Source: Pseudomonadota bacterium (GTDB lineage Bacteria > UBA10199 > 2-02-FULL-44-16 > DYJF01). From it: a DNA stretch of 63,058 nt. The notes under the pieces were generated by a model. The model was not told the origin of the DNA, ran no database searches, and was given only the letters and a program-made list of their open reading frames with translations. Every line of letters starts with the position of its first letter. Within the stretch, counting starts at the first letter, position 1. This document shows positions 35,866-45,558 of this stretch, in pieces. The stretch covers positions 1 through 63,058 of the forward strand of contig JBDRBB010000016.1 of NCBI GenBank assembly GCA_043823065.1, written 5' to 3'. The position numbers and the translations under genes are program-made.

Positions 35866-36777
35866 ATGAAGCTAAAATCAGTAATTTTATGCGTGATTGT
35901 AGGATTGGTATTAATTGCCAGCAATGCTGCGTTTGCTGAAAATGGTGAATCCGATCGAGTTGAGGTTGCTAATGCAGATATTTATGTGCAAATGGCTCAA
36001 CTAATCCAAAACCCCCGGCCTGAGTGTAAAAAATTAAAAGAGATTGTTACTTCTTCTATTAAACTTAACATTGAATCTTTTTCAGATGAGGTTCAATTAG
36101 ATTTAACAGATTTCAGTGACAACTTAAAAAATCTTGATCCTAGCGAATTTGCCAACTGCACTTATGAAAATAATGTATTTGAATGTCTAGCCTATGATGA
36201 CGACTATGCTAGACAGAAAAAAGGCACTCAAGCTTCTATTCACCTAGTTCTTAATATTAAGCATAACAATGGAGATATAGATAACACACCTAGCGATATT
36301 ATGAATCATTGCGGTTTGAAAATAGACACTGACAATGATGGCCTCAAAGATTATTATGATCATTGCCCAACTGAATCAGGTGATCGAGATGATGGCTGTC
36401 CTGTGTTTACTGATGGCGGTGACTGGGAATGCGTTGACACCACTCCTGATGATGATATTGATGATTGCCATCCTGATGCTGAAGCTGAAACACCCCCGGA
36501 TGATGGCGAAGGAGATGACACTTCAACTGAAACCGTCAGTGATGAAGAAATCCCTGATGTCCCATTCTATAGCTCTGCTGATGAAGATGAATTTGATCAG
36601 GAAATGGTTCTTGATACTGATGATACATCAAACAATTTAGATGAAAATGATGCTGTTGAATCCTTTAATAGCGAAAGCTGTAGCTTGGTGGAGAGCGGTC
36701 AGGCTATTAATTATGTTACCTTTATTTTATTTGGCTTAACTTTGGTGCCGTTGATGATTAGAAGGAAAAGCAAGTAA
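35866..36777 (+). CDS. Secreted acidic protein with thrombospondin-3-like Ca-binding motif and MYXO-CTERM-like sorting tail
   Basis: AGGAGG RBS, signal peptide (AFA), DTDNDGLKDYYDHCP...DGCP, C-terminal SCSL + TM helix + RRKSK. Confidence 0.7.
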   Translation: MKLKSVILCVIVGLVLIASNAAFAENGESDRVEVANADIYVQMAQLIQNPRPECKKLKEIVTSSIKLNIESFSDEVQLDLTDFSDNLKNLDPSEFANCTYENNVFECLAYDDDYARQKKGTQASIHLVLNIKHNNGDIDNTPSDIMNHCGLKIDTDNDGLKDYYDHCPTESGDRDDGCPVFTDGGDWECVDTTPDDDIDDCHPDAEAETPPDDGEGDDTSTETVSDEEIPDVPFYSSADEDEFDQEMVLDTDDTSNNLDENDAVESFNSESCSLVESGQAINYVTFILFGLTLVPLMIRRKSK

Positions 36778-36785
36778 TTCCACAT

Positions 36786-36879
36786 CCTTCGACAAGCTCA
36801 GGATGATCGGGTTATGAGTCGAAGGGTTCAGGATGAACGGAGCTTAATTCGCAATGACAATTTGTGCGCTCGCAATGAC
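36786..36879. repeat. Pile of REP-like half-elements
   Basis: CCTTCGACAAGCTCAGGATGA, a second TCAGGATGA, and two TCGCAATGAC ends (36849, 36870). Confidence 0.6.
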
Positions 36880-36885
36880 GAATTT

Positions 36886-36916
36886 GAAAAGGCCGAACAA
36901 TTAGTTCGGCCTTTTC
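36886..36916. terminator. Bidirectional intrinsic terminator downstream of tRNA-Pro
   Basis: gaaaaggccgaac-aatta-gttcggccttttc. Confidence 0.8.
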
Positions 36917-36919
36917 TTA

Positions 36920-36998
36920 TGGTCGGGGCGAGGAGATTTGAACTCCTGACCTCTTGCACCCCAAGCAAGCACTCTAATCCAAGCTGAGCTACGCCCCG
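36920..36998 (-). tRNA. tRNA-Pro (GGG)
   Basis: CGGGGCG acceptor stem, anticodon arm CTTGC-TTGGGGT-GCAAG, TTCAAAT T-loop, encoded CCA. Confidence 0.96.
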
Positions 36999-37006
36999 AA
37001 ACTCTT

Positions 37007-37462
37007 CTACTGCTTAACAATATCCAATAAACTCTCTAGATCTTTCTTTAATTTTAAAAACACCTTAGTATTTACTTTTTCTGTCTTGACCACTGGCTTT
37101 TCAGCAGCATATTCTTCCTGAGTATCTTCATCATTTGTATCTTCAACCCCTTCTTCAATAAAAACTTCTAGCTGTTTAGGTTCATCTCTATGTTCTTTAT
37201 GATCCGCTCTAATCAGCTCTTTAAGTCGCTTACGTGCGCCATCTATGGTAAACCTTTCTTCATACAAAAGTTGCTTGATCCTGACCAGTGATTCCACATC
37301 TCTGCGCTTATACAATCTTTGCCCTGACTTTGACTTACTTGGCTTAATATCAGGAAATTCAGATTCCCAATAGCGCAAAACATACGGCTGAACCCCAACT
37401 AATTCACTGACTTCGCCAATGCGAAAATACAGCTTATTCGGGATTTGCGGAGTTTTTACCAT
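37007..37462 (-). CDS. MerR-family regulator (ihfA-associated)
   Basis: [13 protein letters not shown]...VLRYWESEF...GQRLY; conserved pheT-ihfA-merR-tRNAPro context. Confidence 0.92.
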   Translation of the reverse strand: MVKTPQIPNKLYFRIGEVSELVGVQPYVLRYWESEFPDIKPSKSKSGQRLYKRRDVESLVRIKQLLYEERFTIDGARKRLKELIRADHKEHRDEPKQLEVFIEEGVEDTNDEDTQEEYAAEKPVVKTEKVNTKVFLKLKKDLESLLDIVKQ

Positions 37463-37488
37463 AACTCACCCCTCTTTAGGTTAGTCTG

Positions 37489-37794
37489 TTAAAATTGCAT
37501 GCCAGGCTGAGTTGTTTCTTCATTATTCAAGGCTGACTTCAAAACTTGACTTGGTTTAAAAGTCATTACCTTTCTGGCTGAAATTTCAATTTCTTCACCA
37601 GTTTGAGGATTGCGACCAACACGTGGTCTTTTTTCTCTAACAACAAAATTACCAAAACCGGAAATTTTAATTTTTTCGCCACGGGCCAAGGTATCTTTCA
37701 TTGTATTAAAAACCAGCTCTACAATTTCGGCAGATTCCTTTTTGGAAAACCCCACTTTCTCGTAAATCTGTTCAATAATGTCTGCTTTTGTCAT
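37489..37794 (-). CDS. ihfA: Integration host factor subunit alpha
   Basis: MTKADII, KISGFGNF, GRNPQTGE; follows pheT. Confidence 0.95.
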   Translation of the reverse strand: MTKADIIEQIYEKVGFSKKESAEIVELVFNTMKDTLARGEKIKISGFGNFVVREKRPRVGRNPQTGEEIEISARKVMTFKPSQVLKSALNNEETTQPGMQF

Positions 37795-37805
37795 TTTTGC
37801 CTCCT

Positions 37806-39857
37806 TTAGGTCCTTAAAATAGCCCCTAATTTATCTTCTAATATTTTTACAATTCTGTCATGTGCAGAATTTACTTCATCATCAGTAAGTGTGCGTTCCT
37901 TTGAAGCATACTTTATAGCATAAGCCATACTCTTTTTACCAGCATCAATTCCTTTGCCTTTATAAACATCAAATACCCGCACTTCCTCTAAAAGAGGTAT
38001 TTCAGACTGCCAAATTATTTCTTTAACTGCCTCAGCCTTAACCTCGTCATCCACCAGAATAGCCAGATCTCTTTCTACAAAGGGAAATTTAGATAAAGGT
38101 TCAAATCTTTTTTGTTCTTTGCTCAAACCAGCCAAAATTTCAAAATCTAGCTCAAATATAAAACACGCTTTTTCTAACTCCAGCTTTTGCTCCAAACTTG
38201 GATGCAACCTACCGATAAAGCCCACTGTTTTATTATTTATTACTAAATGCGCAGCTTGAGCTGGATGTAAAAAATCAAAATCTGTGGTTGCCTGCCATTT
38301 TACCTGTTTTGAGCAACCGCTATTTTTTAACACTGCCTCTACAGAAGATTTTAAATCAAAAAAATCTGCTGTTGCTTTTAAATCCCAAGATTGACTAAGA
38401 GAGCTACCAATCAACAAACCAGCCAGATGAAGTTTTTCCTCAACTCTATTGGCAAGATTATGATAAATTTTTTGCAGACTAAAAATTCTAATATCGCTTC
38501 TTTGACGATTTAAATTTAATTTGGCCACGTTTAACAAACCAGGAACCAAGCTTGTGCGCATAATAGTTAAATCGCTTGATAAAGGATTGGCCACTTTAAC
38601 TGGATTTTTTTGCAATTGAACAAATATTTGCTGGTCTGCAATATTATCAAAACCCATGAGCACTGCTTCAGAAAAACCGCAACCCTGCATAGTTTGCCTA
38701 GCCTTGTCTATAGAAGCTGAAAGAGCGGGACGATGCAATGGGTTCATAAAAAACTTGGGCAAGGTTTCTTTAATTTTATCATAGCCATTCACTCTGGCTA
38801 TCTCTTCAATGAGATCAATAGAACGGGTCACATCTGGACGAAAAGTCGGAATTTCAACATCTAAAGTTTTTGCTGTTTGCTGGCCAACCTTAAAACCAAG
38901 GCTGGTTAAAATTGCCTTGGCATCAGCTAGCTCAACTTCAATTCCTAATATCCTTAAAATTTCCGAAGATTTCAGCTTAATCTTTTGAGATTTAAAATTA
39001 GCCTTAACCAAATCAATATGATCAGCAGTTGGCGTTCCTTCAGCAATTTCGCAAATTAAATCGGTTAATCTATGCAAAGCTAAAACTGTTTGATTAGGGT
39101 CAATCTGTCTTTCAAAGCGTCTGGATGATTCAGAAGAAAGGCCTAAACGTTTGCTGGTTCTGCGAATGCCACTTGGCTCAAAATAGGCGCTTTCTAGAAC
39201 CAAGGTCGTGGTATCCTCACTAACTTCAGAATTTTTACCACCCATAATACCAGCTAGAGCAATTGCGCCTTCACCGTCACAAATTAACAAATCTCCTGAT
39301 TTGATCTGCCGTTTTTCATGGTCCAGGGTTTCAAAAATAAATGGCTGCTCTGCTTGACTAATTACAATCTGCTTGCCTTGCAATAATTTATAATCAAAAG
39401 CATGCAGAGGTTGGCCCATTTCCCACATGACATAATTAGTAGCATCAACCACATTATTAACTGGTCGCAAACCACAAGCAGTCAGTCTTTTGATCAACCA
39501 TTCTGGCGATGATTTGATTTTCACGCCCTCAATAACACGCGCACTATATCTTGGACAAGCTTGGCTGGACTTCACTTTAATACTTATAAAATCAGCCATT
39601 TTTTTCTGGCCCTTAAGAATTTCTACCTGCGGGAAAACCAGTTTGGATTTACTCACTGCCGCCACTTCTCTGGCCACACCTTGAACTGAAAGACAATCTG
39701 AGCGGTTAGGGGTAACTCCTAATTCAAATACAGTTAACCCGTCTCTATTAAAAATAGCTTCCACTTCTAACCCACTCATAGTCAGCATTTCTGCAACCTC
39801 TTCAGGCTTGTGGGTAGTTTCCACAAATTCTTTTAACCAATCCCAGGTAACTCGCAT
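37806..39857 (-). CDS. pheT: Phenylalanine--tRNA ligase beta subunit (short form)
   Basis: TPNRSDCLS, NNVVDATNYV, PTFRPDV...DLIEEIAR, FDX-ACB end; lacks the OB-fold B2 insert. Confidence 0.97.
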   Translation of the reverse strand: MRVTWDWLKEFVETTHKPEEVAEMLTMSGLEVEAIFNRDGLTVFELGVTPNRSDCLSVQGVAREVAAVSKSKLVFPQVEILKGQKKMADFISIKVKSSQACPRYSARVIEGVKIKSSPEWLIKRLTACGLRPVNNVVDATNYVMWEMGQPLHAFDYKLLQGKQIVISQAEQPFIFETLDHEKRQIKSGDLLICDGEGAIALAGIMGGKNSEVSEDTTTLVLESAYFEPSGIRRTSKRLGLSSESSRRFERQIDPNQTVLALHRLTDLICEIAEGTPTADHIDLVKANFKSQKIKLKSSEILRILGIEVELADAKAILTSLGFKVGQQTAKTLDVEIPTFRPDVTRSIDLIEEIARVNGYDKIKETLPKFFMNPLHRPALSASIDKARQTMQGCGFSEAVLMGFDNIADQQIFVQLQKNPVKVANPLSSDLTIMRTSLVPGLLNVAKLNLNRQRSDIRIFSLQKIYHNLANRVEEKLHLAGLLIGSSLSQSWDLKATADFFDLKSSVEAVLKNSGCSKQVKWQATTDFDFLHPAQAAHLVINNKTVGFIGRLHPSLEQKLELEKACFIFELDFEILAGLSKEQKRFEPLSKFPFVERDLAILVDDEVKAEAVKEIIWQSEIPLLEEVRVFDVYKGKGIDAGKKSMAYAIKYASKERTLTDDEVNSAHDRIVKILEDKLGAILRT

Positions 39858-40885
39858 TAAAATTGCTCCAAAAATCTTAAATCATTTTCATAAAAAAGAC
39901 GGATGTCATTAATGCCATAAAGCAACATGGCAATGCGATCTACGCCCATGCCAAAGGCAAATCCACTAACTTTGCTGGAATCATAATTCACAAATTCATA
40001 AACCTTTGGATCAACCATGCCGCACCCTAAAATTTCCAACCAGCCACTATCTTTGCAAATACGACACCCCTTGCCTTTGCACATAACACAGGAAATATCG
40101 ACTTCTGCAGACGGTTCGGTAAAAGGGAAAAAACTGGGACGAAATCTGACTTTAAGTTTTTCACCAAAAATGCGGCGACAAAACACGCTTAGCACGCCTT
40201 TGAGATCGCCCATGGTGATATTTTCATCCACTAACAAACCTTCCACTTGATAAAACATGGGTGAATGGGAAACATCGCTGTCACTGCGATAAACCGCACC
40301 TGGCGCAATCATGGCTATTGGCGGCTTATTTTTTTCCATAACTCTGATTTGCACTGGAGAAGTATGAGTACGCAGCACCCTGCCACCTTCTACATAAAAA
40401 GTGTCTTGCATATCGCGGGCCGGATGGTCCGTGGGAAAATTTAGGGCCTCAAAATTATAATAGTCGCTTTCAATTTCCGGACCTTCAAAAACTGAAAATC
40501 CCATATCAGTAAAAATTTGAGTAATCAAACTTGTAGTCTGCCGTATGGGATGATCATATCCAGGAACAACTCCCCTACCTGGCAAAGTAACATCAACTCT
40601 ATCTTTACTAATGCTATCTTGACATGATTTTTGGGCAAATTCCTCAAGGCGCAGATTAATATTGTGCAGCAAAACATCTTTAAGTTCATTAACCCGTTTG
40701 CCAAACTCTGGTCTGTGTTCAGCTGGAACATTGCGCATTTCATTTAAAAGAGCTGGCACAATACCTTTGCGACTCAAGTATTTATTTTTTAAACCCTGAG
40801 CAGTATTGACATCAGCCACACCATTTAATTCAGCTAAAGCTTGGCTGCGAATATCATCAACTTTGTTTAAGATATCTTCACTCAT
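39857..40885 (-). CDS. pheS: Phenylalanine--tRNA ligase alpha subunit
   Basis: HPARDMQDTF, LRTHTSPVQ, FPFTEPS, GFAFGMG. Confidence 0.99.
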   Translation of the reverse strand: MSEDILNKVDDIRSQALAELNGVADVNTAQGLKNKYLSRKGIVPALLNEMRNVPAEHRPEFGKRVNELKDVLLHNINLRLEEFAQKSCQDSISKDRVDVTLPGRGVVPGYDHPIRQTTSLITQIFTDMGFSVFEGPEIESDYYNFEALNFPTDHPARDMQDTFYVEGGRVLRTHTSPVQIRVMEKNKPPIAMIAPGAVYRSDSDVSHSPMFYQVEGLLVDENITMGDLKGVLSVFCRRIFGEKLKVRFRPSFFPFTEPSAEVDISCVMCKGKGCRICKDSGWLEILGCGMVDPKVYEFVNYDSSKVSGFAFGMGVDRIAMLLYGINDIRLFYENDLRFLEQF

Positions 40886-41232
40886 TAATTATTAACCCAG
40901 TTGCAAATTGCCGCAAAATCACTAGCCTGGGTAACTGCTAAATCTGCTAAAATTTTTCGATCTAGCTCCACGTTCTTCTTCTTTAAATTACCCATCAGCC
41001 TACTATATGAAGTATTATTTTGCTTAGCAGCAGCTGCAATTCTGGTTTGCCATAATGCCCTAAAATCGCGTTTTTTCAGCTTGCGGCCAGTATAAGCATA
41101 AGCTTGTGCTTTATCCACAGCTTCACTGGCAGTTCGTATTAATCTACTGCGACCGCCAACATAGCCTTTGGCTAATTTCATTATGGCATTACGACGTCTT
41201 TGTCCTTTAGGACCTCTTTTCACTCTTGGCAT
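40885..41232 (-). CDS. rplT: 50S ribosomal protein L20
   Basis: MPRVKRG...KKRDFRALW; AGGAGG RBS before ATG 41232. Confidence 0.98.
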   Translation of the reverse strand: MPRVKRGPKGQRRRNAIMKLAKGYVGGRSRLIRTASEAVDKAQAYAYTGRKLKKRDFRALWQTRIAAAAKQNNTSYSRLMGNLKKKNVELDRKILADLAVTQASDFAAICNWVNN

Positions 41233-41250
41233 ATCAATCCTCCTCAAATT

Positions 41251-41292
41251 CCGTATGTCGTACGTCGTACTGCTTACAGCGTACGTCGTAAA
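41251..41292. repeat. Heptamer array (TCGTACG-like) between rpmI and rplT
   Basis: ccgtatg tcgtacg tcgtact gcttaca gcgtacg tcgtaaa. Confidence 0.55.
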
Positions 41293-41310
41293 ATCGACAA
41301 ACAACGGTAT

Positions 41311-41508
41311 TTATCCATATGGTAATAATTTTTTAATTTTTTTCTCGTCTGCTTTGGAAACTAAGGCAGAGCTACGTAGCCTTCTTTTTTGTTTAGTGGT
41401 TTTGTTGCTTAAAATATGACGCAATTTTGCGCGCTTTCTTTTTATCCTACCACTTTTGGTCAAACTCAGCCTTTTGGCTGCACTTCGTTTGGTCTTCATC
41501 TTTGGCAT
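41311..41508 (-). CDS. rpmI: 50S ribosomal protein L35
   Basis: MPKMKTKRSAAKR...RHIL...LLPY. Confidence 0.98.
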   Translation of the reverse strand: MPKMKTKRSAAKRLSLTKSGRIKRKRAKLRHILSNKTTKQKRRLRSSALVSKADEKKIKKLLPYG

Positions 41509-41520
41509 AATTCACACTCC

Positions 41521-42063
41521 TTATTCTGATTTTCTCTTAGTAGGAGCAAGCAACATAGACAACATCTTTCCTTCCATTTTAGGAGCCTGGTCTGTTTCAC
41601 CAAGTCCTGCTACTTCTTTGACAATGCGCTCTAAATGTTCTTGTCCAAGTTCCCGATGCGCCATTTCACGCCCACGAAAACGAATACTAACTTTTACTTT
41701 ATCTCCCTCTTCCAAAAAACGTTTAACATGTTTTAGCTTAGTCTGAAAATCATGTTCGTCAGTGGAAGGACGGAGTTTAATTTCTTTGGTACGAATAACC
41801 ACCTGCTTCTTTTTTGCTTCATGCCGTTTTTTGGACTGCTCATACTTGTACTTTCCATAGTCCATAATTTTACAAACCGGCGGTCTGGCATTAGGAGATA
41901 CTTCCACCAAATCCAAACCATCTTCCTGAGCCATTTTGATTGCTATCTGCGTTGCATAGACACCTAATTGATTACCCACAGCATCTATTAATCTGATTTC
42001 TGGAACTCGAATTCTGTGATTACAACGCAATTCATCGTTTCTTACTCCTGGTCTACTTTTAAT
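41521..42063 (-). CDS. infC: Translation initiation factor IF-3 (ATT start)
   Basis: DLVEVSPNARPPVCKIMDYGKY, FRGRE; AGGAGG-N5-ATT in frame at 42063, overlapping the thrS stop. Confidence 0.96.
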   Translation of the reverse strand: MKSRPGVRNDELRCNHRIRVPEIRLIDAVGNQLGVYATQIAIKMAQEDGLDLVEVSPNARPPVCKIMDYGKYKYEQSKKRHEAKKKQVVIRTKEIKLRPSTDEHDFQTKLKHVKRFLEEGDKVKVSIRFRGREMAHRELGQEHLERIVKEVAGLGETDQAPKMEGKMLSMLLAPTKRKSE

Positions 42064-43810
42064 ACCTGCCTCCTTTCAAATTTACATCTCCAATAATTAG
42101 ATCTTTAAAGCTTTCAACTGACATAACTCCCAAATCACCTTTGGCTCTAGATCTAACTGACACTTGTCCTTGCTGGGCTTCCTTTGCCCCAATAATCAGC
42201 ATATAGGGAATTTTATTTAATTCAGCTTCCCTAATTTTTAAACCTAATTTTTCATTACGGTCATCTAGTTCAACTCTTAGCCCATTTTGGACCAGCATAT
42301 TTTTTGTTTCTTGCGCAAATTCCACCTGATCTTTGGTAATAGTTAAAATTTGAGCCTGGATTGGCGCTAACCAGGTTGGAAAATCACCAGCATAATGCTC
42401 GATTAAAACTCCCATGAAACGTTCCAAAGAACCAAGCAGAGCCCGGTGAATCATAATTGGCTTGTGTCTTTCACCGTCTGAGCCCACATATTCCAAACGA
42501 TATCTTTCCGGCAAATTAAAATCTACTTGAATGGTTGAACATTGCCAGGAACGATTAAGCGAATCTTTAATCTTAATATCTATTTTAGGACCGTAGAATA
42601 CACCCTCTCCAGGATCAACTTCATATTTTATTTTTGAATCTTTCAAAGCCTTTTCCAACGCCTCTGTGGCCCTTTTCCATTCTTCATCAGTACCCACGCA
42701 TTTCTCAGGCTTGGTCGAAAGATAAACATCAAAATTTTCAAAACCAAAAGAACGCAACATATACAAACAAAAATCTAAAGTTCTTTTGATCTCTGCTTCC
42801 AGTTGTTCTGGTGTTAAAAAAATATGCGCATCATCTTGGGTAAAACCGCGAACACGCATTAAACCATGCAAAACTCCTGAACGCTCGTAACGATAAACAG
42901 TTCCCAATTCTGCCCAACGCAAAGGAAACTCCCGGTAACTTCTTAAGTGGGTTTTATAAATTTCAATGTGAAATGGACAATTCATGGGCTTAATTTCATA
43001 TTCCACATCATCCACAATCATGGGAGAATACATATTTTCACGATAAAACTCCCAATGCCCTGAAGTCTTCCACATATCTAAACGCGCCATATGCGGCGTA
43101 AATACTAAATCATAGCCGTTTTTCAAATGCTCTTGTCGCCAAAAATCTTCAATACACAAGCGGACTCTACTGCCTTTGGGATGCCACAGCACTAAACCAG
43201 CTCCGCATTCTTCCATGGTGCTAAAAAGATCTAGTTCTTTGCCAAGCTTGCGATGATCTCTTTTTTCTGCCTGCTCTAAAAGCTCTAAATATTGATCCAA
43301 TTCTTCCTTGGTAGGAAAAGCTGTGCCGTAAATTCTGGTTAGCTGTTCTCTTTTTTCGTCTCCGCGCCAATATGCGCCAGCAACCTTTAACAACTTAAAA
43401 GCTTTAATTTGGGCAGTATTTTCCAAATGCGGACCACGACATAAATCAACAAAATCTCCATGACGATAAATAGTTACTTTATCATCAACTATATCTCTTA
43501 ATAATTCGCACTTATACTTCTCGCCCTTTTTTTCAAATAGCTCGATAGCTTCCTGCCTGCTAATTTGCTGCATTTCAAAGGGAAGCTTAGCAGAGATGAT
43601 TTTTTTCATCTGCTTTTCAATTTTGGGCAATTGTTCTGTGGACAATGGTTTTTCAAATTCAAAATCATAATAAAACCCGTCTTCAACAGCAGGACCAATA
43701 GCCAATTTTGTGCCTGGAAAAAGAATTTTTACAGCATCAGCCAAAACATGAGCAGCTGAGTGCCTTAGCGTTTCCAGTCTTTCGAATTCATGATTTGCAT
43801 CTTTACTCAT
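42059..43810 (-). CDS. thrS: Threonine--tRNA ligase (short N-terminus)
   Basis: RHSAAH, DLCRGPH, RDHRKLG, KPMNCP, RVRGFTQDDAH. Confidence 0.99.
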   Translation of the reverse strand: MSKDANHEFERLETLRHSAAHVLADAVKILFPGTKLAIGPAVEDGFYYDFEFEKPLSTEQLPKIEKQMKKIISAKLPFEMQQISRQEAIELFEKKGEKYKCELLRDIVDDKVTIYRHGDFVDLCRGPHLENTAQIKAFKLLKVAGAYWRGDEKREQLTRIYGTAFPTKEELDQYLELLEQAEKRDHRKLGKELDLFSTMEECGAGLVLWHPKGSRVRLCIEDFWRQEHLKNGYDLVFTPHMARLDMWKTSGHWEFYRENMYSPMIVDDVEYEIKPMNCPFHIEIYKTHLRSYREFPLRWAELGTVYRYERSGVLHGLMRVRGFTQDDAHIFLTPEQLEAEIKRTLDFCLYMLRSFGFENFDVYLSTKPEKCVGTDEEWKRATEALEKALKDSKIKYEVDPGEGVFYGPKIDIKIKDSLNRSWQCSTIQVDFNLPERYRLEYVGSDGERHKPIMIHRALLGSLERFMGVLIEHYAGDFPTWLAPIQAQILTITKDQVEFAQETKNMLVQNGLRVELDDRNEKLGLKIREAELNKIPYMLIIGAKEAQQGQVSVRSRAKGDLGVMSVESFKDLIIGDVNLKGGRY

Positions 43811-43825
43811 AAACTTCCCAATATT

Positions 43826-43848
43826 AAAGCCACGACTGGCGTGGCTTT
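43826..43848 (-). terminator. Hairpin between tRNA-Val and thrS
   Basis: aaagccacg-actgg-cgtggcttt. Confidence 0.55.
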
Positions 43849-43859
43849 GTTACTGCTCT

Positions 43860-43936
43860 TGGTGGGCCTTACTGGATTCGAACCAGTGACCCCTTCCATG
43901 TCAAGGAAGTACTCTAGCCAACTGAGCTAAAGGCCC
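43860..43936 (-). tRNA. tRNA-Val (GAC)
   Basis: GGGCCTT/AAGGCCC acceptor stem, anticodon arm CTTCC-TTGACAT-GGAAG, GGTTCGAATCC, encoded CCA. Confidence 0.97.
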
Positions 43937-44056
43937 CAAAAACGTGCTAAGTGCTAAATAAATAATGATAAAAAGTCAAGCTCTTTGATTTTACTACTAA
44001 AATGGCAAAAAACTCAACTAAAACTTAAAGGGTTTTTGATAATCAGCCAAAATTTA

Positions 44057-44389
44057 TTAAGAATTAGCCTTTTTTAACATCTCATTTATAATGCCTTTGG
44101 GCACTCCTCCCACCAGCTGATCTATAACCCGACCCTGCTTAAACAGGATTAAGGTGGGTATACTTCTGATACCGTAACGAGCAGCAATGTTTGGCGCTTC
44201 ATCAACATTTACTTTGCATACCTTAATTTTACCTTGATTTTCTGTAGCAACTTCTTCAATGGTTGGACCTAATGCTATACAAGGACCGCACCAGGATGCC
44301 CAAAAATCCACTAGCACGGGTTGGCCGGCTTTTAACACTTCTGTATCAAAATTTTGTTCGGTAATTGCCTCTACATGTTCTTCAGCCAT
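44057..44389 (-). CDS. trxA: Thioredoxin
   Basis: VDFWASWCGPC, YGIRSIPTL. Confidence 0.96.
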   Translation of the reverse strand: MAEEHVEAITEQNFDTEVLKAGQPVLVDFWASWCGPCIALGPTIEEVATENQGKIKVCKVNVDEAPNIAARYGIRSIPTLILFKQGRVIDQLVGGVPKGIINEMLKKANS

Positions 44390-44460
44390 TAAAACCTCCT
44401 TTTTTAATAATCAAACTCCTTTTTTTTATTTATTAGCTTTAAGAAGTCAAAGTTTTTTTC

Positions 44461-45558
44461 CTAAAACATAAATCGACGACGGCTAATATTTTCCAACATA
44501 CCCAAAGCAATTAACACAACCATCATTGACGATCCACCATAACTCATCAAAGGCAAGGTGACTCCTGTCAAGGGCATTAAACCAAGCACTCCCCCCAGAT
44601 TAATTACAATTTGCCAAAACATCATGGCCACAATACCGGTAGCCAAAATCATACCAAATCTATCTCTAGCCCTGCTTGCCACTTCTACCCCAACTAAAAG
44701 TAGAGCAGCAAACAAAAACAGCACAACCAAACAACCCAAAAAACCCCATTCTTCAGCAAATACAGGAAAAATAAAATCAGTATGCCTTTCTGGCAAATAT
44801 CTTAGTTTATTAATATTTCCTTTTAAATATCCTTTGCCCCAAAACATACCAGAACCAACAGCTATCTTTGATTGCACTAAATGATAACCACTACCCCGCA
44901 CATCTTGTTCAGGATGCACAAAATTCAAGATGCGGGAACGCTGATAATCTTTAAGCCCAAATTGATATACTAGACCACCAGCCACAAGACCCACAGCTAA
45001 AAGAAGGATCAAACTGTAACGTTTGATTTTGACAAATAAAGCTAGTGTCGCAAAAATTAAAATAAAAAATAAAGATGAACCCATATCCCCTTGCAGAACT
45101 ATTAAGCAAAAAGGCAACAGCATCAGCAGAAAAGGTTTAATTAAATCTTTTAAGGAAAAACCTTCTAAACTTGGGTGTTCACTATAATATTTGGCCAAGG
45201 CAATGATAAAAGCTAATTTGGCAAATTCTGTTGGTTGAAAAGAAAAACTACCAATATGAATCCAACCTGAAGTTCCCTTAATTGCCTTGCCAAACAAAAG
45301 CGCAATTACCAGCAAGAGATTAATTAAAATGTAAATATAAAAAGCAGCTCGATGATAAAAACGATAATTAGTAAAAATAGCGACTCCCATAAAGGTCAAA
45401 CCAATACCAATCCAGATAAATTGAGAGATAAAAATTGCTGCTTCTTTGCCCTCTCCCCAATAATAAACCGCACTATATAAGTTTATCAGTCCTATAAATA
45501 AAATCGCCAAAGTGATTACCAATAATGGCCAATTAAATTTACTTGCGCGATGTTCCAT
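44461..45558 (-). CDS. rodA: Rod shape-determining SEDS glycosyltransferase
   Basis: QPTEFAK, LPERHTDFIF..EEWG, GVTLPLMSYGGSS; follows PBP2. Confidence 0.96.
   Translation of the reverse strand: MEHRASKFNWPLLVITLAILFIGLINLYSAVYYWGEGKEAAIFISQFIWIGIGLTFMGVAIFTNYRFYHRAAFYIYILINLLLVIALLFGKAIKGTSGWIHIGSFSFQPTEFAKLAFIIALAKYYSEHPSLEGFSLKDLIKPFLLMLLPFCLIVLQGDMGSSLFFILIFATLALFVKIKRYSLILLLAVGLVAGGLVYQFGLKDYQRSRILNFVHPEQDVRGSGYHLVQSKIAVGSGMFWGKGYLKGNINKLRYLPERHTDFIFPVFAEEWGFLGCLVVLFLFAALLLVGVEVASRARDRFGMILATGIVAMMFWQIVINLGGVLGLMPLTGVTLPLMSYGGSSMMVVLIALGMLENISRRRFMF

Noticed and set aside
32271..36998. Prophage or integrative element at tRNA-Pro
   Set aside because: No integrase, no phage structural genes and no duplicated tRNA 3' end found by eye.
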